Positions 12,520 to 22,010 of a stretch of DNA of 64,000 bases are shown in pieces. The stretch's first letter is position 1. Each line of letters starts with the position of its first letter. The position numbers were made by a program, and so were the translations under genes. The stretch is from Spirochaetia bacterium (GTDB taxonomy: Bacteria > Spirochaetota > Spirochaetia > SZUA-6 > Bin103). The stretch covers positions 3,678,369-3,742,368 of the forward strand of contig OZ242313.1 in the NCBI GenBank assembly GCA_965208065.1. Direction: 5' to 3'. The notes under the pieces are model-generated. The model was given only the letters and a program-made list of their open reading frames with translations, did not search any database and was not told where the DNA came from.

Positions 12520-13712
12520 GTACTCTGGTAACATTCCTCGGCAAGTCCCGCATCGATCCCGATACCGGGTATGAGAGAGCCACCTACCGGTTTCCTGATG
12601 GACGGACGGAACAAACCGCCTTCTTCGGACTCGCGTTGTCAAACTACCTCGCCGCCGACGCCACCGTGATACTCGGCACGCGCGGCAGTCAGTGGGGCGT
12701 TCTGGTGGAAAACCTGGCGACCGAGAGCGATGAAGAGGAGTTACGCCTCGCGTTGCTGGACGCGGAAGTCCGGCAAGCTGTCGAGCAACGGCTGCTGGAC
12801 CAACTCGCGCCGCTCATGAGCCGGGCGGTCGGGTGCGTCGTGATCCCCCGCCTCATCCCGTTCGGCGAGGATGCCGACGCGCAGTACGCCATTCTGGCCG
12901 CGATCGCGGACGCCGTGCCCAAGGGATCGGTCAGCATAGACCTGACCCACGGATTCCGGCACCTCGGCATGATCGGGTTCCTGTCGGCGGTCGTGCTGGA
13001 GCGCGTCACCAATCTGACCGTGCGCGATCTGTGGTACGGGGCGCTCGACATGCGACGCGACGATATCGCGCCGGTCCTCCAACTCGACGGGCTGGTGCGC
13101 GTGCGCCGTTGGGTCGAAGCGCTTGATAGATTCGACGCCACTGGCGACTACTCCGTCTTCGCCCCGCTCCTGATCGAAGACGGCGTGGCCGAAGACAAGG
13201 CCAACTGCCTGAATGCCGCCGCCTTCTACGAGCGCACGCACAACGTGTCGGAGGCCGCGCGGCAGATTGGGACCTTCCGCCCAGTGCTCGCCGGAGCCCT
13301 ACGCGGCGCGTCTGGCCTGTTCCAGGCCAAGCTCACCGAGCGGCTGCGCTGGGCGAAGGAAGGCAAGCCGTGGCGCCAGCAGCGGAAGCTGGCGTACCTG
13401 TACCTGAATAGAGGCGACTTCGTCCGCGCCGCCGTGCTGGCACGCGAAGCATGGGTCACGCGCCTCTGTTCGGACCCAGCCGTCGGGAACGTCGCCTACT
13501 CCGACCGGAAAGCGGCTGTCAAACAGTTCGAAGCTGAACTTCGGGCAAGGGCACACCCGGAACCCTTGAGGACCGCGTATTGGGACATCACGCATCTGCG
13601 AAACGCGCTCGCGCACGCCACCCAGCCGGCGCCGCGTTACCAAAGCACGCTCAAGGCGCCGGACCGACTCTACCGTGCGCTGGAATCCGCCATCAAGCGA
13701 CTCCTCGAATGA
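12516..13712 (+). CDS. csx1: Csx1-family CARF-HEPN ribonuclease
   Basis: N-terminal 'LVTFLGKS...Y'; 'DLTHG' (DxTHG motif); C-terminal HEPN 'R-x4-H' in 'ITHLRNALAHAT'. Start overlaps the upstream stop (ATGA). Confidence 0.75.
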   Translation: MSTLVTFLGKSRIDPDTGYERATYRFPDGRTEQTAFFGLALSNYLAADATVILGTRGSQWGVLVENLATESDEEELRLALLDAEVRQAVEQRLLDQLAPLMSRAVGCVVIPRLIPFGEDADAQYAILAAIADAVPKGSVSIDLTHGFRHLGMIGFLSAVVLERVTNLTVRDLWYGALDMRRDDIAPVLQLDGLVRVRRWVEALDRFDATGDYSVFAPLLIEDGVAEDKANCLNAAAFYERTHNVSEAARQIGTFRPVLAGALRGASGLFQAKLTERLRWAKEGKPWRQQRKLAYLYLNRGDFVRAAVLAREAWVTRLCSDPAVGNVAYSDRKAAVKQFEAELRARAHPEPLRTAYWDITHLRNALAHATQPAPRYQSTLKAPDRLYRALESAIKRLLE

Positions 13713-13730
13713 CAAGAACATGAAGAAACA

Positions 13731-15338
13731 ATGAAACAGGCATTCGTCATTCAGATCGACATCCCGTCGATCAAATCATACGTGTTCGGAACCGATCCGT
13801 TGAACGAGGTACGCGGCGCGAGTGCCCGCCTCGATTGGCTGAATCGGGAAGAGATGGAGCGAGTCCTGCGTGAGTGCGCCACTTCGGCCAAAGTCGAGAA
13901 ACTGTATGCCAACGGCGGCTCCGCTCAGTTTCTGTTTCGTGAGTGCGACGAGATCGTTGCGGATACGGCTTGCCGTGAGATGGTCAGGAACCTCCGGCAA
14001 AAGACCAGAGATGAAGTCAGGGCAGTCTACGGCATCGCCCCGCTTGCGGACGGCGCGTCGTATCGTGCCGCCATTCGCTTGGCGCACTTTCGGATGCGCT
14101 GCCAGCGCGAGTTTGGCGCCGGCCATCGCAGTACCTCCACCATGCCGGCAATCATGGAATGCGCTTCTGCATCACACCTTCCGGCTTCCCGCCGACAGCA
14201 CGGTCCTGACGGCATCAAGCCCATGTCCGAGGCGAGCTTCCAAAAAGTAGAATTCGGTCGGCAAGCACGTACCGGTCCGCTCTGGGACGGATGGATGGGC
14301 CACTTGCAGAGGTTCGGACCGTGGCCGGAAAGCCAACGCTGGCAGGAACTGCGTTGCGAGGGCATGACCGATATTGGCGAACCGGTCGGTCTTGTGTATG
14401 CCGATGGGAACGCCATGGGCAGAATCGTGCAATCGCTGGATGCGCCGGAGACCTCCCGGCAGTTCAGCAGCATCGTCGATGAAAGCATTCGCGAGGCGTG
14501 CCATTCCGGGCTGAGCAGAGTCACCGCCACCGAGATCGAATCCGTCCGTGGTGGCGATTCGGCGCAGCTTCCCGCCGATATTTTGCTACTTGGCGGAGAT
14601 GATCTGCTCGTAGCCGTGCCCGCCGACCGCGCCCTCGACTTCTCCCTGCACGTCATCGGCGAGTTCGAACGGCTGACCCAAAGCAAGATCGCCGCGCTGC
14701 AGGATGACCGCGTTCGAGGGTTCTTTAGAGAGCGCCTCGAGGATCGGGGATTCACGATCTCCTGCGGCGTCGCCATCGCAAGAAGCACGTATCCGTTCTA
14801 TCTCTTGCTGGACTTGGTAGAAGAGCTGTTGAAGAACGCCAAGCGCTCCGGTAGCTACGGCGGCCACGGCACGACGGTTGAAGCGCACGATCCTGGTCGA
14901 ATCGACTTTCATCTCGTGGCCGGAGCCAACAGCAACGACGTCGAACGGGTGCGCGCGGAGACGTTTCTCTCCTTGACGGATGAGCCGCGAACGCTTCGAC
15001 CGTTGACCTGCTCCCAGTTGGAATCCCTGCGTGGCGCGATCCAGGATCTGCGCCAAGCTGGGTTCCCACGCAGCAAGCTGCATCGACTCCGAGCCGCATC
15101 CCTAACCGAGAGCGCGACTCAAGCACAACGCGAAGTCCGGGACATCTTCGCGCGCTGCGGGCACGGATCGGAACACTCGCAGCGGCGCGCATTGTGGAAC
15201 TCCATAAAGCGGCTGTGTCCCAAAGACCACAGTTACGACTTCCCATGGTTCCGCAAGGAAAGGCGCCGCGTGCTGTGCGTAGCCGACATCGTGGATGCCT
15301 ATGGTCTATTCCGAGAGCACGAAGGGGGTGCCCGGTGA
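13731..15338 (+). CDS. cas10: Cas10 (type III large subunit) lacking the HD domain; cyclase GGDD motif intact
   Basis: 535 aa; 'ILLLGGDDLLVAVPADRA' GGDD palm motif; 'GLVYADGNAMGRI' first-palm-like motif; no N-terminal HD motifs. Confidence 0.7.
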   Translation: MKQAFVIQIDIPSIKSYVFGTDPLNEVRGASARLDWLNREEMERVLRECATSAKVEKLYANGGSAQFLFRECDEIVADTACREMVRNLRQKTRDEVRAVYGIAPLADGASYRAAIRLAHFRMRCQREFGAGHRSTSTMPAIMECASASHLPASRRQHGPDGIKPMSEASFQKVEFGRQARTGPLWDGWMGHLQRFGPWPESQRWQELRCEGMTDIGEPVGLVYADGNAMGRIVQSLDAPETSRQFSSIVDESIREACHSGLSRVTATEIESVRGGDSAQLPADILLLGGDDLLVAVPADRALDFSLHVIGEFERLTQSKIAALQDDRVRGFFRERLEDRGFTISCGVAIARSTYPFYLLLDLVEELLKNAKRSGSYGGHGTTVEAHDPGRIDFHLVAGANSNDVERVRAETFLSLTDEPRTLRPLTCSQLESLRGAIQDLRQAGFPRSKLHRLRAASLTESATQAQREVRDIFARCGHGSEHSQRRALWNSIKRLCPKDHSYDFPWFRKERRRVLCVADIVDAYGLFREHEGGAR

Positions 15339-16084
15339 GCCCTCAGCGCCTGGACTTGCGGTACCTCATCACGTGGGAAGGACGCTGGTACGTGGGCAGC
15401 GGCTACCAGTCAGCGACCGCGGACCGTCTGCAGCGCCGCTTCCGCCGTGGCGACCGAGAGCTCCCGTTCGTCCCCGGCTCCCAGATCAAGGGTGTGCTGC
15501 GCCACCGGTGCGAACGGCTCGCGCTGTCCCTCGGTTCTGAGGTAATCGACCCGCATGTCGGAGCCGAACGTGGCGACCGGGGCCTCGTTGCGCACTTCCG
15601 CCCTCTGGCGACGTCTGACTTGCTGATCGACCGATTGTTCGGAAGCCGGTACCAGGGCGAATGCCTGTTCGTGACCAACGCCGTACCGACAACCGGTGTC
15701 TCGGCCAACGCGACCGGGGTAGCGTCGCGGACTACGATCGACCGCACCACCGGGACGGTGATGGACCAGCATCTATTCAGCACCGAACTAGTCGACGCGC
15801 ATGTCAGCCTGAACGGAGAAGTCCGCGCTCGCCATCCCGGCGGTGTTCTGACGCAAGACAACGACGGCTTTCCGTACGAATACGCGCTTCTGGTGGCGGG
15901 AATCCTGTCCCTGGACACCCTGGGCGGCGACAATAGCGTCGGTCTCGGGCAGTGCGAAGTCAGGATCGAATCATTGCGTTGGAATGGCCAAGACACGAGT
16001 CCTGCTCTTGCCGTTCAGAGCTTCAAGGAAGAGGTTGATTGGGCTGTAATGGTTGATCTGCTACGCGAGGAGAAAACGCATTGA
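15335..16084 (+). CDS. RAMP, Cas7 group (Csm3-like)
   Basis: 'PFVPGSQIKGVLRH' and the G-rich loop 'GGDNSVGLGQ'; GTG start overlapping the cas10 stop (GTGA). Confidence 0.65.
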   Translation: MSPQRLDLRYLITWEGRWYVGSGYQSATADRLQRRFRRGDRELPFVPGSQIKGVLRHRCERLALSLGSEVIDPHVGAERGDRGLVAHFRPLATSDLLIDRLFGSRYQGECLFVTNAVPTTGVSANATGVASRTTIDRTTGTVMDQHLFSTELVDAHVSLNGEVRARHPGGVLTQDNDGFPYEYALLVAGILSLDTLGGDNSVGLGQCEVRIESLRWNGQDTSPALAVQSFKEEVDWAVMVDLLREEKTH

Positions 16085-17334
16085 AGGAAGTCCGTGTCCG
16101 CGCGCAACTGCTCGCGCCGATAGCCATTAAGCGCGATCGGCAATCCGAGCGCTCCGAAGGCGTGCCGTCGGTTGCCGGCACACTCGTTCGGGGAGCCTTG
16201 GCATCTCTCTACCTGCAACGTCACGAGCGCCCGGACGGCGACTTCGCGCACCTGTTTCTGAACGAATCGACCTGTCGTTTCGGACCGCTTGATCCCGGTC
16301 CGCGCATCTTTCCGGTCACCGCCGTGTCCTGCAAGCGCGAAGGGCTCGGACACGCGCTGGCGGACCACCTGTGGTTCCGAGTTGCGCAACACCACTTGGA
16401 CGGGCGCGTGTCCGACGCCGCCGACGACGCGTGGCGCCAGTGTACTCAATGCACCGCTGACCTGAGACGACAGAGAGGCTTCTGGTGCGACCATAGCGGC
16501 CGTCTGCGTGAGATGAAGAGCAATACGCATCAGGTGGCCGCCCATGTTGGCATCGACCGTCGCACCGGCACTGCGGCGGAGTCCATGTTCTATACGCTGG
16601 AAGCCCTGACTCCCTCCGCGGCCGAGACCGACCTCTACGGCTGGATCAAGGCCGATGACGCCGCACTTCACGCCCTGCGACGGCTCCTGGAGGAGGAGTG
16701 CTGGCGGATTTCGGTAGGTCATGCACGCACGCGCGGCTATGGCGACATGCGACTGTGGTTGGACACACCGGCCGAGCGCGACGACATGCCGTCCCGTGTC
16801 CGCCGTTGGAGCCAATGGAGCGACGATCTGACCCGTTTTCTCACCTCGCCGCCGTTCTCGGTGCGCAACCCCGCTCTCGATGGGTTCTACTTCTCTCTTT
16901 CGTTCCCCGCAGGCGCGGTGATCGTCGATCGCGTTCTCCGGTATACGCTCGATCCGTCGGACATGATCGACTGGTTGCCGCCCATGCCCGACGTTGCGGC
17001 TGCATTCCCGCTGCACGAGCGCCCGGTCAGGCGCCTCGAATCGGGCGGCGCGGTGCGCTGGATCGCCGCCGCCACCGGACACGAACGGCTGCGGGGCTGG
17101 AACGCCGCGCACGGCCTGCCGCGTCAGGACGAGTGGGCGGTAGCGCGCGGCTCCGTATACGTCTATCACTTCGAGGGTTCACCGCAACAACGTGAGGGAA
17201 TCATCGCCCGACTTGCCGCACTGTCTGAGGATGGCGCCGGCATGCGACGCAACGAGGGGTTCGGTGCGGTGCTGGTGTCCGATGAGTTTCACCACAGATT
17301 CTACAACCAGGAGGCGCAGCCGTGCATGTGTTGA
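16081..17334 (+). CDS. csx10: RAMP, Cas5 group, Csx10-like (type III-D signature)
   Basis: 'VAGTLVRGALAS' G-loop; zinc-finger-like 'CTQCTADL'; C-terminal G-rich 'GMRRNEGFGAV'; 417 aa. Confidence 0.55.
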   Translation: MKEVRVRAQLLAPIAIKRDRQSERSEGVPSVAGTLVRGALASLYLQRHERPDGDFAHLFLNESTCRFGPLDPGPRIFPVTAVSCKREGLGHALADHLWFRVAQHHLDGRVSDAADDAWRQCTQCTADLRRQRGFWCDHSGRLREMKSNTHQVAAHVGIDRRTGTAAESMFYTLEALTPSAAETDLYGWIKADDAALHALRRLLEEECWRISVGHARTRGYGDMRLWLDTPAERDDMPSRVRRWSQWSDDLTRFLTSPPFSVRNPALDGFYFSLSFPAGAVIVDRVLRYTLDPSDMIDWLPPMPDVAAAFPLHERPVRRLESGGAVRWIAAATGHERLRGWNAAHGLPRQDEWAVARGSVYVYHFEGSPQQREGIIARLAALSEDGAGMRRNEGFGAVLVSDEFHHRFYNQEAQPCMC

Positions 17335-17732
17335 ATGTCGAGTTGATCCACAAAGCCGATTGCTGGATTGACGAGAACCATGAGGAGTTCACGCCGTTGG
17401 GCGAGAAACTCTTCACGCAATTCAGGTCCGAAAAGGGTAACGCCAGTACGCAGGTCCGCAACCTGCAACAGATCGCCTGCTCCGCCACGCGCTTTGCCGA
17501 CATTGAGGACTTCGTCAAGAACCAGATGGGCAGGGGCGACCAGAAGTGGAAGGCTGTGGGGAACGACGTTCTTCGACAGCTATCGCGGTTGCGGAAACAC
17601 AGCGAAACAATCGATGCGGACGACGCAAACCGGATGGCGTTTCGTCTGCGCCTTGCTCGCAGTTGGGTCCGGGCGGTAGTTGGTGACTACCTGTTTCGCC
17701 TTGCGCTCGACCAGATGGATCACACGGCATGA
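17322..17732 (+). CDS. cas11: Cas11 small subunit (Csm2/Cmr5-like), alpha-helical
   Basis: 136-aa helical protein in the canonical small-subunit position, translationally coupled on both sides. Confidence 0.5.
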   Translation: MHVLNVELIHKADCWIDENHEEFTPLGEKLFTQFRSEKGNASTQVRNLQQIACSATRFADIEDFVKNQMGRGDQKWKAVGNDVLRQLSRLRKHSETIDADDANRMAFRLRLARSWVRAVVGDYLFRLALDQMDHTA

Positions 17733-18259
17733 CGACCGTTGATCGGTTGTCCGACACGGTTTATCGAGACCAGGCACGCAAGCGGCTGGACGATCTGGTC
17801 GGGGACGGCAAGGTCCCCGTAGAGAGAGCACAGATCTACGGTCTGCGCCACATCGCCCGCCAGCAGCCGGGAAACGTCAGAGAGTTTGCCCAGCATCAGC
17901 GCGAGCGTGCCGAACGTAAGCAGGAAAACGTCTCGGAAAGTGTAAGGCCCAGTTTGCAGGCGGAAATCGACTTCTGGTCTCTAGTGGACGATCTCTGCGG
18001 TTCTCGTACCAAGTGGTCCGTGCGCAGGGAAGGACTCGCTCACGCTCCTCAAAACATTCGTGAAGAGAACATCCCGACGAAGAGCCAATGCAATACCGAT
18101 GCCGACCGCACGCTTCGTAATCAACTCAAGAAGCGCCAACGGGCTTGGCTCCACCGCTGGACCTGCGATCACGTTCCGGCCTTCTTCGAACGCTTCTGTA
18201 CAGACGCCCTGTACCGTCGGGAAACCCAGGTAATCAATCTTGAGAGGAACACAACATGA
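17729..18259 (+). CDS. uncharacterised type III-D operon protein (176 aa); possibly a second small-subunit-like or Csx19-like protein
   Basis: Translationally coupled (ATGA overlaps on both sides); no recognisable motif. Confidence 0.4.
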   Translation: MTTVDRLSDTVYRDQARKRLDDLVGDGKVPVERAQIYGLRHIARQQPGNVREFAQHQRERAERKQENVSESVRPSLQAEIDFWSLVDDLCGSRTKWSVRREGLAHAPQNIREENIPTKSQCNTDADRTLRNQLKKRQRAWLHRWTCDHVPAFFERFCTDALYRRETQVINLERNTT

Positions 18260-19089
18260 CCGACTTCGGACTGCACCGCAAGACGCGCGTGAGCGCCGCT
18301 CTGGTGTTCGATACCGCGTGGCGCATTGGCTCCGGCGAGGAAGGAGAGACGATGAGCGATCTCGGCGTTTTGCGAGACCCCGGCGGCCAACCGGTGCTGC
18401 CCGGATCATCCCTCAAGGGCAAACTGCGCAGCACTTGTGAGGCCTCGGCGCACGCCCTGGACCTCACAGCCTGCCTGCTGAGTCGCGCAGCAAGCGGCGT
18501 GAATTGCGCAAGTGACGTGCACTACTACCGGGACGTACGTGGGCAATACCGGGAAGCCTCTCGAAGCGGCTTGGCATCCCGGGTGCGGTGGATCGACGAG
18601 CACACCTGCGACGTGTGTAAGCTGTTCGGCTCCCCGCTGCAGGCCGGCCGCTTGCGCGTGAGCGACGGCGCCTTGAGAGAATGGGCATCGGTCGTACAGG
18701 TGCGCGACGGTGTCGTGATCGACCGCGACAGTCAAACCGCGGTCGATGGTCTCAAGTACGACTACGAGGTGATCCCTCCCGGCAGCCGGTTCGCGCTTTG
18801 CATCGATCTCGAAAACCAGAATGACCAGGACATGGCCCTGCTCGGAGCCGCGCTCTTCGATTGGCACTCCGGCAGCAGCATCGGCGGCTTTACCGGTCGC
18901 GGTCTCGGGCGCTTTCGTCTGGAAGACGTCAAGCTATCGGGTACGGACCTGAGCGACCCGGCTCAGCGCGTGAAATTCCTGACCGCGACGAGTTCGGAGG
19001 AGCGGCTCGGTGATTTGGGGGACTGGGAGAGCCGGTTCAGCGACTACATCCAGCGGCAGTTGGGACGCGCTGCCGAGGTGGGAAGGTAA
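18256..19089 (+). CDS. csm3: Cas7 (Csm3-family) RAMP
   Basis: 'LVFDTAWRIGSGEEG...LPGSSLKGKLRS'; zinc-finger-like 'CDVCKLFGS'; G-rich loop 'GGFTGRGLGRF'. Confidence 0.75.
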   Translation: MTDFGLHRKTRVSAALVFDTAWRIGSGEEGETMSDLGVLRDPGGQPVLPGSSLKGKLRSTCEASAHALDLTACLLSRAASGVNCASDVHYYRDVRGQYREASRSGLASRVRWIDEHTCDVCKLFGSPLQAGRLRVSDGALREWASVVQVRDGVVIDRDSQTAVDGLKYDYEVIPPGSRFALCIDLENQNDQDMALLGAALFDWHSGSSIGGFTGRGLGRFRLEDVKLSGTDLSDPAQRVKFLTATSSEERLGDLGDWESRFSDYIQRQLGRAAEVGR

Positions 19090-19091
19090 TC

Positions 19092-20072
19092 ATGTTGCGG
19101 AAATGGCTTTGCCAAGCCGACGTCGTCGTCCACATCGAACCGGTCGATCCGATACTGATCAAGAGCGGCTACGCCACCATGGACGGAGCCGACATGGTGC
19201 CAGTGTCTACCTTTCGAAACGGGCGGACCGTCTACTATCTTCCCGGCTCGTCGCTCAAGGGCATGCTCCGCAGCCACCTCGAACGGATCGCCCGTACCTT
19301 GCTGCCGTGCAGCGTGTGTCTGCCCTACTATGGCGACAAGGGAATGGTCTCCGTCCCGGTCGATGAGGAGAAGGAATCGTACGGCTGCGGATTCCGTTCG
19401 CGCGGTAAGAAAAAGGACGTGGCATCGGTTGCATACGCCGACTCGTGCGCCGCGTGCCGCCTGTTCGGCTCGCTGAAGTTCGCCGGACGGTTCAGCATCG
19501 GCGACGCCTATCCTCTGCCGAATCACGAGCCCACACCCAATACGCGCAACGGCGTAGGCATCGATCGCTTCACTGGAGGAACTGTGCGGGGCGTGTTGTT
19601 CGACCTGCAAGCCCTGGTCGGAGGTAAGTTCGAGGCTAATGTTCGCCTCACCAACTTCGAACTCTGGCAACTTGCCGGCCTCAAGCTGTTGCTGACCGAC
19701 CTGCAGGACGAGATGATCGCCGTGGGTTCGGGACGCAGCCGTGGGTTCGGCCGGGTACGCGCCGAGGTCCGCTCGTTCCGCCTGACCTATCCGTATCCGA
19801 GTCTGAACACGGAGGCTTCGCTGGCGGGATTGGGGCAACTCGCGACTCCACAGGAGCGGGAAGCGTATCGTCTGCATGACTGGACACCGGACCAGCCGGT
19901 CAGGTTGCCGGCGTCGCAGCTACGCGGCGTGCGTCGGCAGTACGATCTGGACGCCGATTGGTCGCAACGATTGCGGGCCGTGATTCCGGCTTTCGAGGCG
20001 TTCTTGCAGTGGCACGGCGGACCACACGGTGAAGTACCTGGCAGCCGCACCGAGCGGAACACGGGAGCATGA
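19092..20072 (+). CDS. Cas7-group RAMP (Csm3/Csm5-like)
   Basis: 'YLPGSSLKGMLRSHLE', 'CAACRLFGS', 'GSGRSRGFGRV'. Confidence 0.7.
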   Translation: MLRKWLCQADVVVHIEPVDPILIKSGYATMDGADMVPVSTFRNGRTVYYLPGSSLKGMLRSHLERIARTLLPCSVCLPYYGDKGMVSVPVDEEKESYGCGFRSRGKKKDVASVAYADSCAACRLFGSLKFAGRFSIGDAYPLPNHEPTPNTRNGVGIDRFTGGTVRGVLFDLQALVGGKFEANVRLTNFELWQLAGLKLLLTDLQDEMIAVGSGRSRGFGRVRAEVRSFRLTYPYPSLNTEASLAGLGQLATPQEREAYRLHDWTPDQPVRLPASQLRGVRRQYDLDADWSQRLRAVIPAFEAFLQWHGGPHGEVPGSRTERNTGA

Positions 20073-20662
20073 AAGCAGCAGCCTTGAAAGCGACGGATCT
20101 GACGCGGAACGGGTTTCTTGATCTTGTCGGGAATCTCGCTCCGCCGGACGCCGCCGCACCGCGTCGCGTCTGGCTGGAAGCCGCGAATGGCTGGGCCTTC
20201 GACTGGTGGCCGGGACTGGAACACAAGCTGCGTTGGTGTTGTGCAGGACGTGAACCGGTTGACGAACGCGCCGGAGATTGCATGTCTCGGTCCACGGCCG
20301 GCCGGCTGTTCGCTTCCGACGGCGAGCTGCGTTGGCGCGTGATTCCAGCGCTCGGCGAAGCGTGCTGGCGCACGATCTTCCTCGGCCGTGCCGCCTGGAC
20401 AGGCACGGCACTGGAGGACCGCTCCGAGTACCTGCGCGGTCTGCAGCCATGGCGGGATCGTTTCTTCCTGTGGGGCCAACAGTCGGACGCGACCCTGGGC
20501 GAGTGGATCGAATTGCGTATCCCGCACCGCTTCCGCTATCCGGTTGCCGGCAATCCGGTCAACGTCACGGCGCTGGTCGAGCAGTGGCGGGACGCCGCCG
20601 GTGAGCCGCACTTCCTCCGTCTGTGCGATCTGGAACCCGCTACGGGAGTATCCGATGCCTGA
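20069..20662 (+). CDS. uncharacterised type III-D operon protein (197 aa, Cys-containing)
   Basis: Translationally coupled between two RAMP genes; no recognisable motif. Confidence 0.4.
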   Translation: MKAAALKATDLTRNGFLDLVGNLAPPDAAAPRRVWLEAANGWAFDWWPGLEHKLRWCCAGREPVDERAGDCMSRSTAGRLFASDGELRWRVIPALGEACWRTIFLGRAAWTGTALEDRSEYLRGLQPWRDRFFLWGQQSDATLGEWIELRIPHRFRYPVAGNPVNVTALVEQWRDAAGEPHFLRLCDLEPATGVSDA

Positions 20663-21746
20663 AGGTGCACCACACTGGAACCCATACCGATGGGTTACCA
20701 CCAGCGACAGTGCCGTCGAGCACGACGTGCCGCGCTATCATCACCGCCTGAGCGGACTCTCGGGGCGCCTGTGGTGCGAGATCGAAGCACTGACACCGTT
20801 GCTCATCGGTGATGGCCACGGCCGATTCGTCCGCCACGACGGCAGCCGTGCCCCGTATCTCCCGGCTGCCTCGCTCAAGGGCGCGATTCGTTCCGTGGCG
20901 GAGGTCGTCGGCAATTGCGCCGTACCTTTCCCTAATGTTTCGGTCGATGATCTCCATCGGCTGGCCAATGCGCGGCGCGGCTTGCAACTCGATGTTACCT
21001 CACGGCTGTTCGGTTATTTGGACCGTGGCAGTGTGTTTGCCGGTCTGGTCCGCTTCGGCGACGCCGAAATGCTTGCTGGACACCATTCACCGGTTGATCA
21101 GTGGCCGCGATATACCGTTGCGGTTGGCCAACCCAAACCTACACACGATGCCTTCTACCCTGCAAAGAACAAACGCAAATTCTACCATCACCACCCCGGT
21201 GCGAAGCGGCTCATGGCGCCGCAACCGAATATCAATCAGACGCACGACGTACAGCCCGCCCCGCCGCGAACCCGCTTCCACTTCACGGTCGACTACGGGA
21301 ACCTGCGAGACGACGAACTCGACCTGCTGCTCTACTGCATGGTCCTCGAAGAGCGAACCACCGTCATGCTCGGCCCAGCCGCTCTTGGCCGCGACGCCGG
21401 CCAGCCCGGCGAGACGCTCCACGGACCCTTGCGCCACAAGCTTGGCGGTGCAAAACCCCACGGCGCCGGATCAGTCCAAATTCGCGTGACGAAGCTGAGT
21501 GTACGGGAAGATCAGGCGGCCCGGTATCGCGACGGGAACGACTCCGTCAAGACACTGGAAGGAGACTCGCTCTCGGTTGAACTTGCCCGACGCACCGACC
21601 CGTTCCGAACCCGCACTGACCGAACCATGCAGGAGTTTCGCGCCTTGCTGATATACTCCACGGCAGACCCTCGGCGTCCCATTCAGTACCCAACCTATCG
21701 TTGGTTTCAGACGGGATCACGGACCGCCCTGAAGCCAACGATTTAG
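20655..21746 (+). CDS. large Cas7-group RAMP (Csm5/all1473-like)
   Basis: 'YLPAASLKGAIRSVAE', G-rich 'GGAKPHGAGSVQI'; 363 aa; start at Met of 'MPEGAPHW'. Confidence 0.6.
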   Translation: MPEGAPHWNPYRWVTTSDSAVEHDVPRYHHRLSGLSGRLWCEIEALTPLLIGDGHGRFVRHDGSRAPYLPAASLKGAIRSVAEVVGNCAVPFPNVSVDDLHRLANARRGLQLDVTSRLFGYLDRGSVFAGLVRFGDAEMLAGHHSPVDQWPRYTVAVGQPKPTHDAFYPAKNKRKFYHHHPGAKRLMAPQPNINQTHDVQPAPPRTRFHFTVDYGNLRDDELDLLLYCMVLEERTTVMLGPAALGRDAGQPGETLHGPLRHKLGGAKPHGAGSVQIRVTKLSVREDQAARYRDGNDSVKTLEGDSLSVELARRTDPFRTRTDRTMQEFRALLIYSTADPRRPIQYPTYRWFQTGSRTALKPTI

Positions 21747-21951
21747 GCCCTCGATCCGGCCGGTGGTGAGTTCCTGATCGCCGCGATCGTCCGCCAAATT
21801 TCGAACCGCGACTACGTCGCCCAACACCAGCCGCGGGTCCGATCTTCTCACCATCGCTACATCCCTCACTCCGTGATCGTATATCCATATTCAGTGGGTT
21901 CTCTCGTTCTCTGCGTCGGGGGATCTTTCCTTCCACGGCTGGCGCGCTGGA

Positions 21952-21987
21952 GATTCAATGAGGCCGCCGATTTTCATCGGCGGAAAC
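21952..21987 (-). repeat. degenerate terminal (trailer-end) CRISPR repeat, separated from the array by the IS256-like insertion
   Basis: 'GATTCAATGAGGCCGCCGATTTTCATCGGCGGAAAC' differs from the consensus at 5 of 36 positions; the stem changes are compensatory (CCGCCGA/TCGGCGG). Confidence 0.8.
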
Positions 21988-22010
21988 TCGCAGAGGGCTG
22001 GATCTAGGCG

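Noticed and set aside
21747-21951. AT-richer patch between the last RAMP gene and the degenerate repeat, considered as a possible second leader
   Set aside because: The adjacent repeat is the most degenerate one, and repeat/spacer ageing signals point to the leader being at the cas2 end (28012-28215).
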